Shown here in pieces: positions 1 through 7,558 of a DNA stretch of 40,000 nucleotides. The first letter of the stretch is position 1, and every line of letters begins with the position of its first letter. Origin of the DNA: an uncultured Alphaproteobacteria bacterium (GTDB taxonomy: Bacteria; Pseudomonadota; Alphaproteobacteria; Rhizobiales; Beijerinckiaceae); assembly GCA_963851175.1 (NCBI GenBank), contig CAWKNU010000002.1, positions 308,357-348,356 of the forward strand, read 5' to 3'. The translations under genes and the position numbers were made by a program. Under the pieces are notes generated by a model. It saw nothing but the letters and a program-made list of their open reading frames with translations, was not told the DNA's origin and did no database searches.

Positions 1-239
1 ATCCGACCGGCGTTTCCTCGCCCGCAGGACTTGGGCAGGCCGTCAATCTCGGCTTTCGAGTCATGTCGGAGTTCGTGGCCTCGGTCGTAGTAGGCGCGGT
101 GATCGGCTGGGCGATCGACCATTGGTTCGGCTCCTCGCCTGTCGCACTGATCCTGTTCATCGGATTAGGCACGGCCGCCGGCTTCTGGAACGTCTACCGA
201 ATCGCGGTGGGTTCGTCGGGGCGTCCCGGCGGACGGTAG
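1..239 (+). CDS. atpI: AtpI/AtpZ-like ATP synthase protein I, 3' part (5' end outside window)
   Basis: The frame starting at base 3 reads ...SEFVASVVVGAVIGWAIDHWFGSSPVALILFIGLGTAAGFWNVYRI... and ends at TAG 237-239. It is hydrophobic, has the AtpI-type pattern, and lies directly upstream of atpB. Confidence 0.7.
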   Translation, partial: PTGVSSPAGLGQAVNLGFRVMSEFVASVVVGAVIGWAIDHWFGSSPVALILFIGLGTAAGFWNVYRIAVGSSGRPGGR

Positions 240-317
240 AGTTGTGATGCTGCGGGTGCAGGCCCTGCGGCATCTTGAACGTGCCCCCCGGGGACGAGCG
301 AAACACGAGGTTGGGAC

Positions 318-1079
318 GTGCCCGAGAACGCGATCGATCCGATCCACCAGTTCAATGTCGAACGGCTGATCAATTTCCATCCCATGGGCATGATGGATGC
401 GTCGTTTACGAACGCGTCGTTGCTGATGGTGATCATCCTGGGCTTGATCACGCTGCTGATGATCGCCGGCACCTCGCGTCGTTCGCTGGTGCCGGGCCGG
501 CTGCAGGCCGCGGCCGAGATGTCGTATGAATTCGTCGCCAATACCGTCACAAGCACGGCCGGGCAGGAAGGGATGCGCTTTTTCCCCTTCGTGTTCAGCC
601 TGTTCATGTTCGTGTTCTTCGCCAACATCCTCGGCTTGCTGCCGTTCAGCTACACGGTGACGAGCCAGATCGTGGTCACCTTCGCGCTCGCGGTCCTGGT
701 GATGACCGTGGTCATCGTCTACGGTTTCGTCCGGCACGGGCTCCATTTCCTGAAGCTGTTCGTGCCGTCCGGCGTGTCGCCGGTGCTGCTGCCCTTCATC
801 GTGCTGATCGAGGTTATCTCGTTCGCGGCCCGGCCGATTTCCCTCTCTGTGCGTCTTTTCGCCAACATGCTGGCTGGCCACATCACGCTCAAGGTCTTTG
901 GCGGCTTCATCGTTCTGCTGCTTGGGGCCGGCGGCGTCGCCGCCCTGCTCGCTCCCCTCCCCCTTATTGGCATCATCCTGCTGACGGCACTCGAACTGCT
1001 CGTCGCCGTCCTGCAGGCCTATGTGTTTGCCATCCTGACTTGCGTCTACCTGAATGACGCAATCCATCCGGGTCACTGA
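318..1079 (+). CDS. atpB: F0F1 ATP synthase subunit a
   Basis: The 253-aa ORF is polytopic and contains ...[12 protein letters not shown]..., ...[17 protein letters not shown]... (the conserved Arg region of subunit a) and [22 protein letters not shown] lies 8 nt upstream of the GTG start. Confidence 0.95.
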   Translation: MPENAIDPIHQFNVERLINFHPMGMMDASFTNASLLMVIILGLITLLMIAGTSRRSLVPGRLQAAAEMSYEFVANTVTSTAGQEGMRFFPFVFSLFMFVFFANILGLLPFSYTVTSQIVVTFALAVLVMTVVIVYGFVRHGLHFLKLFVPSGVSPVLLPFIVLIEVISFAARPISLSVRLFANMLAGHITLKVFGGFIVLLLGAGGVAALLAPLPLIGIILLTALELLVAVLQAYVFAILTCVYLNDAIHPGH

Positions 1080-1129
1080 TAAATATCCGAACAACATATA
1101 GTGCCCGAAATTTACAACCGGAGTTGAAC

Positions 1130-1390
1130 ATGGATCCCACTACCGCCAAGGAAATGGCCGCCGCTTACGTTGATGCGGCAAAATACATCGGCGCCGGCCT
1201 TGCGGCGATCGGCATGGGCGCCGCGGCAATCGGCGTTGGCGCCATTTTCGGGAACTTCCTGTCGGGCGCGCTTCGCAACCCGTCGGCTGCCGACGGCCAG
1301 TTTGGCCGTGCCTTCATCGGCGCCGCGCTGGCGGAAGGTCTCGGCATCTTCGCGTTCCTCGTGGCGATCCTGCTGCTGTTCGTGAAGTAA
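1130..1390 (+). CDS. atpE: F0F1 ATP synthase subunit c
   Basis: The sequence ...[38 protein letters not shown]...[19 protein letters not shown] is the typical c-subunit hairpin. ATG at 1130 follows GGAG (1119-1122). The listed ORF start at 1124 is a TTG two codons upstream. Confidence 0.93.
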   Translation: MDPTTAKEMAAAYVDAAKYIGAGLAAIGMGAAAIGVGAIFGNFLSGALRNPSAADGQFGRAFIGAALAEGLGIFAFLVAILLLFVK

Positions 1391-1444
1391 TTGCGATCGG
1401 CCGGCCTTCGGGCCGGCCACACTTTGTTGGTTTCAGGAGCTTCC

Positions 1445-2005
1445 ATGGCTGCCCCCGATCCGAATGCCGTCATCGCCGGTGCCGAGAATTCGCCCGACCT
1501 GGTGAACCCGGCCGGAGTCTTCCCGCCGTTCGATGCGCATAATTTCGTGCCGCAGATCGTCTGGCTGGTCATCATCTTCGGGGCGCTATACTGGCTCATG
1601 TCGCGGGTGGCCTTGCCCCGTGTCGGCGGCATTCTGGAAGCCAGAAAGTCCCGCATCGACGGCGATCTCGCCGATGCGGCCCGCATGCAGGAACAGGCGG
1701 CGGCCGCCAGTGCCGAATACGATTCCAAGTTAAATAGCGCCAAGACCCGGGCCCAGGCCCTGGCCCAGGAAACTCACGACAAGCTGCATGCCGAGACGGA
1801 GGCGAAGCGCCACGCGCTCGACGCCGAGCTCAACCGCAAGCTCGCTGCCGCGGAAGCTCAGATCGCCGAAACCAAGGCGCGGGCCATGACCAACGTGGAG
1901 GGCATCGCGCGGGATGCCGCGAGCGCCATCATCGAGCATCTGACCGGCCGCACTGCCTCGCCGGAGGCGGTCGCTGCCGCCATGGCTGCGGCAAAGACGA
2001 ACTGA
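1445..2005 (+). CDS. atpF2: F0F1 ATP synthase subunit b' (second b-type subunit)
   Basis: It has one N-terminal TM segment (FVPQIVWLVIIFGALYWLMSRVALPRV) followed by a long Ala/Glu/Lys helical region. It occupies the position between atpE and atpF, as in alphaproteobacterial F0 operons. ATG at 1445 follows CAGGAG. Confidence 0.85.
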   Translation: MAAPDPNAVIAGAENSPDLVNPAGVFPPFDAHNFVPQIVWLVIIFGALYWLMSRVALPRVGGILEARKSRIDGDLADAARMQEQAAAASAEYDSKLNSAKTRAQALAQETHDKLHAETEAKRHALDAELNRKLAAAEAQIAETKARAMTNVEGIARDAASAIIEHLTGRTASPEAVAAAMAAAKTN

Positions 2006-2016
2006 AGGGCCAGCCA

Positions 2017-2503
2017 ATGCATTTCGACGCCGAGTTCTACGTAGCGGTCGGTTTTCTCATCTTCGTGCTGTTCCTGGGCTATCAAGGTGTACACAAGCAG
2101 CTGACCAAGGCTCTCGACGACCGCGCCGGCCGGGTCGCCAACGAGCTCGGGCAAGCCAAGAAATTGCACGATGAAGCCGCTGCCCTGCTCGAACTCGTTC
2201 AAGCGCAAGGCGGCAGCGGCCGAAGCCGAGGCGGCCGCGATCGTGGCGCAGGCCAGGCGCGAGGCAGAATTGATGGCCCGTGAAACCGAACTGCGCATGG
2301 CCGAGTTCGTGGCTCGCCGCACCAAGCAGGCGGAAACCAAGATCGCCATGGCCGAATCCCAGGCCGCCACCGATGTGCGGGCCGCAGCGGCGGATGCTGC
2401 CGTCAAAGCCGCGGAGATCATGCTTCGGCGCGACCCCCAGGGCACCGGCGCTTCCGACCTTGTCGCTGGCGAAATCAAGCGCCTCGCCGATCGCCTGCAC
2501 TGA
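2017..2503 (+). pseudogene. atpF: F0F1 ATP synthase subunit b, interrupted by an apparent +1 frameshift
   Basis: The N-terminal ~60 aa (MHFDAEFYVAVGFLIFVLFLGYQGVHKQL...AKKLHDEAAALL) lie in the frame of 2017. The C-terminal ~100 aa (FKRKAAAAEAEAAAIVAQARREAELMARE...MAEFVARRTKQAETKIAMAESQA...) lie in the next frame and end at 2503. The switch is near 2191-2200 (gaactcgttcaag). The 487-nt span is 3n+1. Confidence 0.8.
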
Positions 2504-2536
2504 ACGGGAATGGGCACCGGCTGCTGCTCAATGAAT

Positions 2537-2566
2537 AAGGCCGAAACCAGCGCTGGTTTCGGCCTT
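2537..2566 (+). terminator. Hairpin terminator after the atp operon
   Basis: aaggccgaaacca-gcgc-tggtttcggcctt forms a perfect 13-bp stem with a 4-nt loop, followed by attggg. The T tract is weak. Confidence 0.6.
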
Positions 2567-2597
2567 ATTGGGTAAAATGGATTTTTTGACCGGCGGA

Positions 2598-2699
2598 TTA
2601 CATCTGCGCGTGAGCGACCCTATAGATCACGTCGGCGACGAGAATCGCCTGGAACACCACCCAACCCACAGCCAGAAGGCCAATTCGAAACTGCGTCAC
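2598..2699 (-). CDS. Candidate 33-aa hydrophobic small protein
   Basis: The minus strand reads GGAGGtcttacGTG, then MTQFRIGLLAVGWVVFQAILVADVIYRVAHAQM and a stop. It has a strong SD at ideal spacing and a single predicted TM helix. It is below the 60-aa cutoff of the ORF track. No homology was recognised. Confidence 0.3.
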   Translation of the reverse strand: MTQFRIGLLAVGWVVFQAILVADVIYRVAHAQM

Positions 2700-2785
2700 G
2701 TAAGACCTCCGCGCTCGCTCTCTGCAAACCACATCCGCTTGGTTCGGATAACGGTTAACAAAGGATCAAGTTCCCTGCTTCGGGC

Positions 2786-2821
2786 GCTCCAGTCATTTAT
2801 ACCGCACTTTATGACTGGAGC
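2786..2821. repeat. Perfect 11-bp inverted repeat with a 14-nt loop
   Basis: gctccagtcat (2786-2796) pairs with atgactggagc (2811-2821). It lies between the small ORF and the csbD-like gene. Its function is unknown; it could be a terminator or an operator. Confidence 0.5.
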
Positions 2822-2928
2822 GTGAGCGGTTCGAGACAACAAAGAGATTGACCTAACCCGAGACTAACACGCGCGCCAAGGCGGCCCGGGCGTGCGGTTC
2901 ACACCCGGGGCAGCCAGCGGCGCGGTCT

Positions 2929-3444
2929 TCAGCCCCGCCCGTGGATCAGCAGCGCCAGCCCATAGCCGATCGCACCTGCGATCAGCAGGGCAAGCAGCGG
3001 ATTTTCCTCGACCTGGTGTTCGATCACGTCCGTGCCCTGCCGAAGATAGCGGCCGGGATTGTTGTAAGCGTCCTGGGCCGCATCCGAAGCGCTTCCGGCT
3101 ACGCCGCGTACCGCATCCTGCGCACGGCTTACATATTCGCCGGGGTTGTTGTACGCCCGCTGGGCGAAATCCGTCGCGCTGCCGGCAGCGCCGAGCACGG
3201 CGTCCTTGGCCTGACCGAGATATTCATCCCGCTTCTCGAAGGCGTTGTGCGCCATGTCGGACGCGGAACTGGCCGTGTCGCGAATGGTGTCCTTCGCCTG
3301 CCCGAGGACGTTCTGGCCCTTGCCTTCGGCCTGCCGGAAGCGCCCCTCCAACTCGGTCTTGTTGTCACCGGTCAGGTTGCCCACAGCGCCCTGAACTTTG
3401 CCGCCAACTTCCTTGGCTGCACCCTTGAAACGATCCGTGTCCAT
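2929..3444 (-). CDS. CsbD-like general stress protein with internal repeats and a C-terminal membrane anchor (ElaB/DUF883-like tail)
   Basis: MDTDRFKGAAKEVGGKVQGAVGNLTGDNKTELEGRFRQAEGKGQNVLGQAKD is a CsbD motif. Repeats of the type AQ(R/D)AYNNPG.Y follow. The C-terminus is NPLLALLIAGAIGYGLALLI. ATG at 3444 follows GGGAGA. Confidence 0.8.
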   Translation of the reverse strand: MDTDRFKGAAKEVGGKVQGAVGNLTGDNKTELEGRFRQAEGKGQNVLGQAKDTIRDTASSASDMAHNAFEKRDEYLGQAKDAVLGAAGSATDFAQRAYNNPGEYVSRAQDAVRGVAGSASDAAQDAYNNPGRYLRQGTDVIEHQVEENPLLALLIAGAIGYGLALLIHGRG

Positions 3445-3473
3445 TGTTGTCTCCCTTGGACCCACCTGCCGAA

Positions 3474-3498
3474 AACTATCCAGCGGGGCCAAGGTTCC
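3474..3498 (-). promoter_or_regulatory. Possible EcfG (general stress sigma) type promoter for the csbD-like gene
   Basis: The minus strand reads GGAAC-N16-AGTT about 30 nt upstream of the RBS. The alphaproteobacterial EcfG consensus is GGAAC-N16/17-CGTT, and csbD genes are typical regulon members. Confidence 0.3.
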
Positions 3499-3574
3499 GG
3501 TCTAGGCCAAGTCAAGGCGATAAAGCCGGTTCCCATGCCGGGCGCGGCTCGATCAAGGGCGACTGCCGTTAGGT

Positions 3575-4234
3575 TTAGCCGCGGGTACCGCGCTTGCGCG
3601 TCCGAGCAGGCGCCTTGGCGGCGGGGGTCGCCCCGTGCTCATCGAACCCAACGAGAATCGTGTAGTCTTCATCGGCATTGGTCTGCAGCAGTGGTACCGT
3701 CAACGGCTCCGGCACCAGCGTGAAGTCGCCCTCGGTCTGGCCTGACGCGACCGTGGCAGCCACCTGGTACAGTTTTGCCACCGCGGGCTTCTGGTCGCTT
3801 TCGCGACGGACTGCGATTCGGACCGGGATGGAGAACGTGCCGGGTGCGCCCGCCGGTCCAAGCAGCACCCGCCCCTCGACCCCGACCTTGATCACGATCT
3901 CCTTGCCGGCTCGCGAACATTCCCGAGCGACGTCCCCCATCGAATATTGGTAGCGCACATTGTCGTTGCTCTGGTCGGCACCGTTGTAGACCCGAATCGA
4001 TGCGGTTCCGTCCAACACCTCGATGGGGGGGCATCGCAGCGGCTCTTCCTTGTTGCCCGCTACCGTCGCAACCGCCGCAGGATGGGTGGTGTTGAAAGCG
4101 AGCAGATTGCCGAGCGCCGAGCCGGAGCCCCCCTTCGAGGCGAGGAAATCGTCCCCGCCCCCCGCGCAGCCGGCCAGAGAGACGGCGACCAGGCACATCG
4201 CCGCTCCAAAACATGCAACCACCGCTCGTTTCAT
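3575..4234 (-). CDS. Lipoprotein of unknown function
   Basis: MKRAVVACFGAAMCLVAVSLAGC is a signal peptide with a lipobox (LAGC). ATG at 4234 follows GGAG. The listed 438-aa ORF is an upstream over-extension. Confidence 0.75.
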   Translation of the reverse strand: MKRAVVACFGAAMCLVAVSLAGCAGGGDDFLASKGGSGSALGNLLAFNTTHPAAVATVAGNKEEPLRCPPIEVLDGTASIRVYNGADQSNDNVRYQYSMGDVARECSRAGKEIVIKVGVEGRVLLGPAGAPGTFSIPVRIAVRRESDQKPAVAKLYQVAATVASGQTEGDFTLVPEPLTVPLLQTNADEDYTILVGFDEHGATPAAKAPARTRKRGTRG

Positions 4235-4290
4235 TCCACGCTCCGCCTTGCACGTTCCGGCGTGCCCCCGATCCCCACCACGCGTGCGGG

Positions 4291-4824
4291 TCAGGGAAGC
4301 TTTTCGAATCCGTCCTTGAAACCGGTCAGGGTCATCGGAATGCCTATACCCTCTTCCGGGGTCTGAAAGATGATGAAGGTCGCCGTCGTGCCGTTGCGCA
4401 ACTGGTCGACGAGCTTGTCCTCCATGGTGACCTCGGCGATGCAGCCTGTCGGCAGACATCGCACAAAGCCGGCCCGGCCGATGTCGGCTTGGTCGACCTT
4501 CAGGCCCAATCCGGACGGCAACAGGACGCCCAAGGGCGCCACCACCCTGAGAAGCCGGCTCTTGCCATCCGCGGTCTTCAAGACGATTACCACCAGATTG
4601 ACGTTGGGCCGATCCTCGGCGGCAACGCTCTGAATCAGCGCGCATTGCTCGCGGCTGGCGCCGGGCGGAGTTTCGCACCGCATCTCCCAATCGCCGTATT
4701 TGGCCTTGACCACCCCTTGCGCCACGGCCCCATTGGTGGTGCCGCAGAGCAGAACGAGCCCTAACCCCAGGACCGATCGAACCCCATGGATGGCGCCCGA
4801 ACGCCATGCCCGCTTCGCTCGCAT
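4291..4824 (-). CDS. Invasion-associated locus B (IalB) family periplasmic protein
   Basis: A signal peptide is followed by ...KYGDWEMRCETPPGASREQCALIQSV...LRVVAPLGVLLPSGLGLKVD...FVRCLPTGCIAEV..., the IalB family pattern. The start could instead be 4836. Confidence 0.8.
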   Translation of the reverse strand: MRAKRAWRSGAIHGVRSVLGLGLVLLCGTTNGAVAQGVVKAKYGDWEMRCETPPGASREQCALIQSVAAEDRPNVNLVVIVLKTADGKSRLLRVVAPLGVLLPSGLGLKVDQADIGRAGFVRCLPTGCIAEVTMEDKLVDQLRNGTTATFIIFQTPEEGIGIPMTLTGFKDGFEKLP

Positions 4825-5044
4825 CGCGCTCGCCATTCCGTCTCCAAATCCAGGCCGAGCTGCCCGGTACATCGCGATCACACCGCGCCACCCTGCACTG
4901 GGTATCGGTCGCATGCTGTCCCGCCCCATCTCTCGGCTGCGTAACAAATAGGCCGCGAGTGTCAAGCCGATGCCGGAGCCCCGCACGAGGCCATGGCTCC
5001 GTGCAGACCCGGGCATGCCGGCGCAGACCTGCCCCGCCGCTCGA

Positions 5045-7363
5045 TCACCTGACCGCGCCGGCGTTCGCGGGTGCGCCGTTGAGTGCCGCAAACACCCGCG
5101 AGGGCGTCGCCGGCATGTCGATGTGGATAACACCGCCGGCGCGATACAGCGCGTCCACCACGGCGTTCATCACGGCTGGACAGGCTCCGATCGTGCCGGC
5201 CTCCCCGGCGCCCTTCAACCCGAGCGGGTTGGTGGTGGACGGGATGTTGCGGGTCTTGAAGTTGATGAACGGAACGTCGGCGGCGCGTGGCAGGCAGTAA
5301 TCCATCAGGCTCGCCGTCACCAATTGCCCGTCCGACCCGTAGACCGTGCGTTCCAGCAAGGCCTGCCCGACTCCCTGGGCCACGCCGCCATGCACCTGTC
5401 CGGCAAGAAGCAGCGGGTTCAGGGTCATGCCGAAGTCGTCGCAGATCGTGTAGCGCTCGACCGCCACGATGCCGGTCGTCGGATCGAGTTCGACCTCGCA
5501 CACATGCGTGCCGTTCGGGTAGGTGGCCTGCGGCGGGGTGTACTCCTCGGTGGCGGTCCGGATCTGTTCCGTGGCGCCCGGGAGCTTGGCGATCTGCTCG
5601 TAGCTGATCGCCCTGTCCGTACCTGCGACCCGCACGCCGCCGTCAGCAATCTCGAGGTCCCCTACGGCGGCCTCAAGTTCTTCCGAAGCGAGCTCGGTCA
5701 GCTTGCGGGCCAGCGTGTCGGACGCCCGCGACACCATCGCGGCCCCGACCGGAATGGAACGCGAGCCGCCCGTGCCGTGACCGGTCTTCACCCGGTCGGT
5801 GTCGCCCTGCACGACGCGTACGCGTTCGAGCGGAACATCCAGATATTGGGAAACGGTCTGGGCATAGGCGGTGGCATGGCCTTGGCCATTCGACTGCGTG
5901 CCGACCAGAACCGTGAAGGTCCCATCCGGCTCGAGCGCAACGGACCCCTCCTCGCCATCGCCCCAGGCGGTGCATTCGATATAGCTGGCGAAGCCGATGC
6001 CCCGAACGGTTCCGCGCTTCTTGGCATCCTCGGCCCGCCCCGCAAAGCCGGAATAGTCGGCCGCGGCCAGCGCTTCGCGCATGGCGCCTTCGAAGTCCCC
6101 GACGTCGTAAGTGCGATCGGTCTGGGTCTTGTAGGGCATCTGCGAGGACTTGACGAAATTGCGGGCCCGCAATTCTTCCCGCGGGATGCCGGTCTCGCGG
6201 GCGCAGGTATCCACGAGTCGCTCCAGCACATAGGCGGCTTCAGGTCGCCCGGCGCCTCGGTACGCGTCCACTGGAACCGTGTTGGTATAGATCCCGCGGC
6301 AGCGCGCATGCACCAGCGCGATATCGTAGGTCCCGGTCGCCATCGTGGCCCCGAGCCAGGGGATGTAGGGCCCGAACTGCGACAGGTAGGATCCGAGATT
6401 GCCGAGGATGTCCACCCGCATGGCCAGGAACCGGCCGTCCTTGTCGAGCGCCATGGAGGCCGTGGTGTAATTGTCGCGGCCCTGGGCATCGCCCAGGAAA
6501 TGCTCGGACCTGTCGGAAACCCATTTCACCGGGCGGCCGGTACGCTTGGCGGCAACCAACAGCAGCGGGTATTCGCGGTACACGACCGCCTTGGTGCCGA
6601 AACCGCCGCCGACGTCGGGCGTGATCACGCGCAGCTGTTCGGGTGGGATCTTCAGGATGTTCTCGCTCAGCGAAGCGCGCAATCCGTGGACGCCCTGGCT
6701 GCTGGTCGTCAGCGTATAGCGGCCCGAGCTCGGGTCGAACTCGCCCGAAGCGGCACGCGGCTCGAGATAGTTGGCGACCAGGCGATTGTTGACGACGGTG
6801 AGGCTGACCACCTTGGCGGCCGACGCGAAGGCGGCATCGGTCCCGGCCTTGTCGCCAAGTTCCTTTTCATAGGCGATGTTGGTGGGCTCTTCGGCCCAGA
6901 TCGAGGGCGCCCCAGGCGCGATCGCGTCCGTCACTTCGACGACCGCGGGAAGCGCTTCGTACTCGACCTCGACGGCTTCGGCCGCCTCGCGGGCCATCTC
7001 GATGCTGTCGGCCACGATCATCGCGACCGCATCCCCGACATGGCGCACGGTTCCATCGGCCAGGATCGGATAGACCGGCTGCCGCATCATGCTGCCGTCG
7101 GTATTGTCCAGCGGCGCCAGGCAAGGCAGACCACCCAGATCGGAAACGTCGGCCGCGGTCAGGATGAGCTTGACGCCCGGCAGGGCCGCCGCCTGGGCGG
7201 TGTCGACGGTGAACCTGGCGTGAGCGTGCGGCGAGCGCAGGAATACCGCATGCAAGCTGCCGACCCGCTCGACATCGGCCGTGTACTGCCCCTGCCCCGT
7301 TATGAATTTCGCATCTTCGACCCGCTTGACCGGCTGACCTATTCCGAACTTCATCGGTTTCAT
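5045..7363 (-). CDS. Xanthine dehydrogenase/CO dehydrogenase family molybdopterin-binding large subunit (form II CoxL-like)
   Basis: The 772-aa protein starts MKPMKFGIGQPVKRVEDAKFITGQGQYTADV (a/b hammerhead start). It contains the active-site loop VDAYRGAGRPEA (AYRGAGR, the form II type, not the AYxCSFR of true CODH) and GTGGSRS. ATG at 7363 follows GAGGAA. Confidence 0.9.
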   Translation of the reverse strand: MKPMKFGIGQPVKRVEDAKFITGQGQYTADVERVGSLHAVFLRSPHAHARFTVDTAQAAALPGVKLILTAADVSDLGGLPCLAPLDNTDGSMMRQPVYPILADGTVRHVGDAVAMIVADSIEMAREAAEAVEVEYEALPAVVEVTDAIAPGAPSIWAEEPTNIAYEKELGDKAGTDAAFASAAKVVSLTVVNNRLVANYLEPRAASGEFDPSSGRYTLTTSSQGVHGLRASLSENILKIPPEQLRVITPDVGGGFGTKAVVYREYPLLLVAAKRTGRPVKWVSDRSEHFLGDAQGRDNYTTASMALDKDGRFLAMRVDILGNLGSYLSQFGPYIPWLGATMATGTYDIALVHARCRGIYTNTVPVDAYRGAGRPEAAYVLERLVDTCARETGIPREELRARNFVKSSQMPYKTQTDRTYDVGDFEGAMREALAAADYSGFAGRAEDAKKRGTVRGIGFASYIECTAWGDGEEGSVALEPDGTFTVLVGTQSNGQGHATAYAQTVSQYLDVPLERVRVVQGDTDRVKTGHGTGGSRSIPVGAAMVSRASDTLARKLTELASEELEAAVGDLEIADGGVRVAGTDRAISYEQIAKLPGATEQIRTATEEYTPPQATYPNGTHVCEVELDPTTGIVAVERYTICDDFGMTLNPLLLAGQVHGGVAQGVGQALLERTVYGSDGQLVTASLMDYCLPRAADVPFINFKTRNIPSTTNPLGLKGAGEAGTIGACPAVMNAVVDALYRAGGVIHIDMPATPSRVFAALNGAPANAGAVR

Positions 7364-7558
7364 CAAGGGTTCCTCTGGCTTTGACGATCTGCCGGACCTT
7401 GCGGCGGCAAACGGTGCCGCTCCCAATACCACGCTCGGGGCAAGTTGGTACCCCGTTGCATGCGTCTAGGAGCGGCTTTGGCGTGCAATATGGGCTCGCA
7501 CGGAGGCGCTACGGCGCGCAGGATAGACGATGTCAGGATGCAGGGCTCGTCGCCGCCG

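Noticed and set aside
2568-2825. An 85-aa plus-strand ORF directly after the atp terminator.
   Set aside because: It starts inside the terminator hairpin, has no SD, and has an implausible composition. The minus-strand 33-aa ORF with GGAGG is the better, though still tentative, reading.
4970-7384. Very long ORFs antisense to real genes: 4970..7384 (+, 804 aa), 7445..9397 (+, 650 aa), 9648..11351 (+, 567 aa), 33110..35602 (+, 830 aa) and 38045..39388 (+, 447 aa).
   Set aside because: Their translations are Arg/Gly/Ala/Pro-rich with no recognisable motifs. Each lies exactly opposite a gene with strong family signatures. Long stop-free antisense frames are expected in GC-rich DNA.
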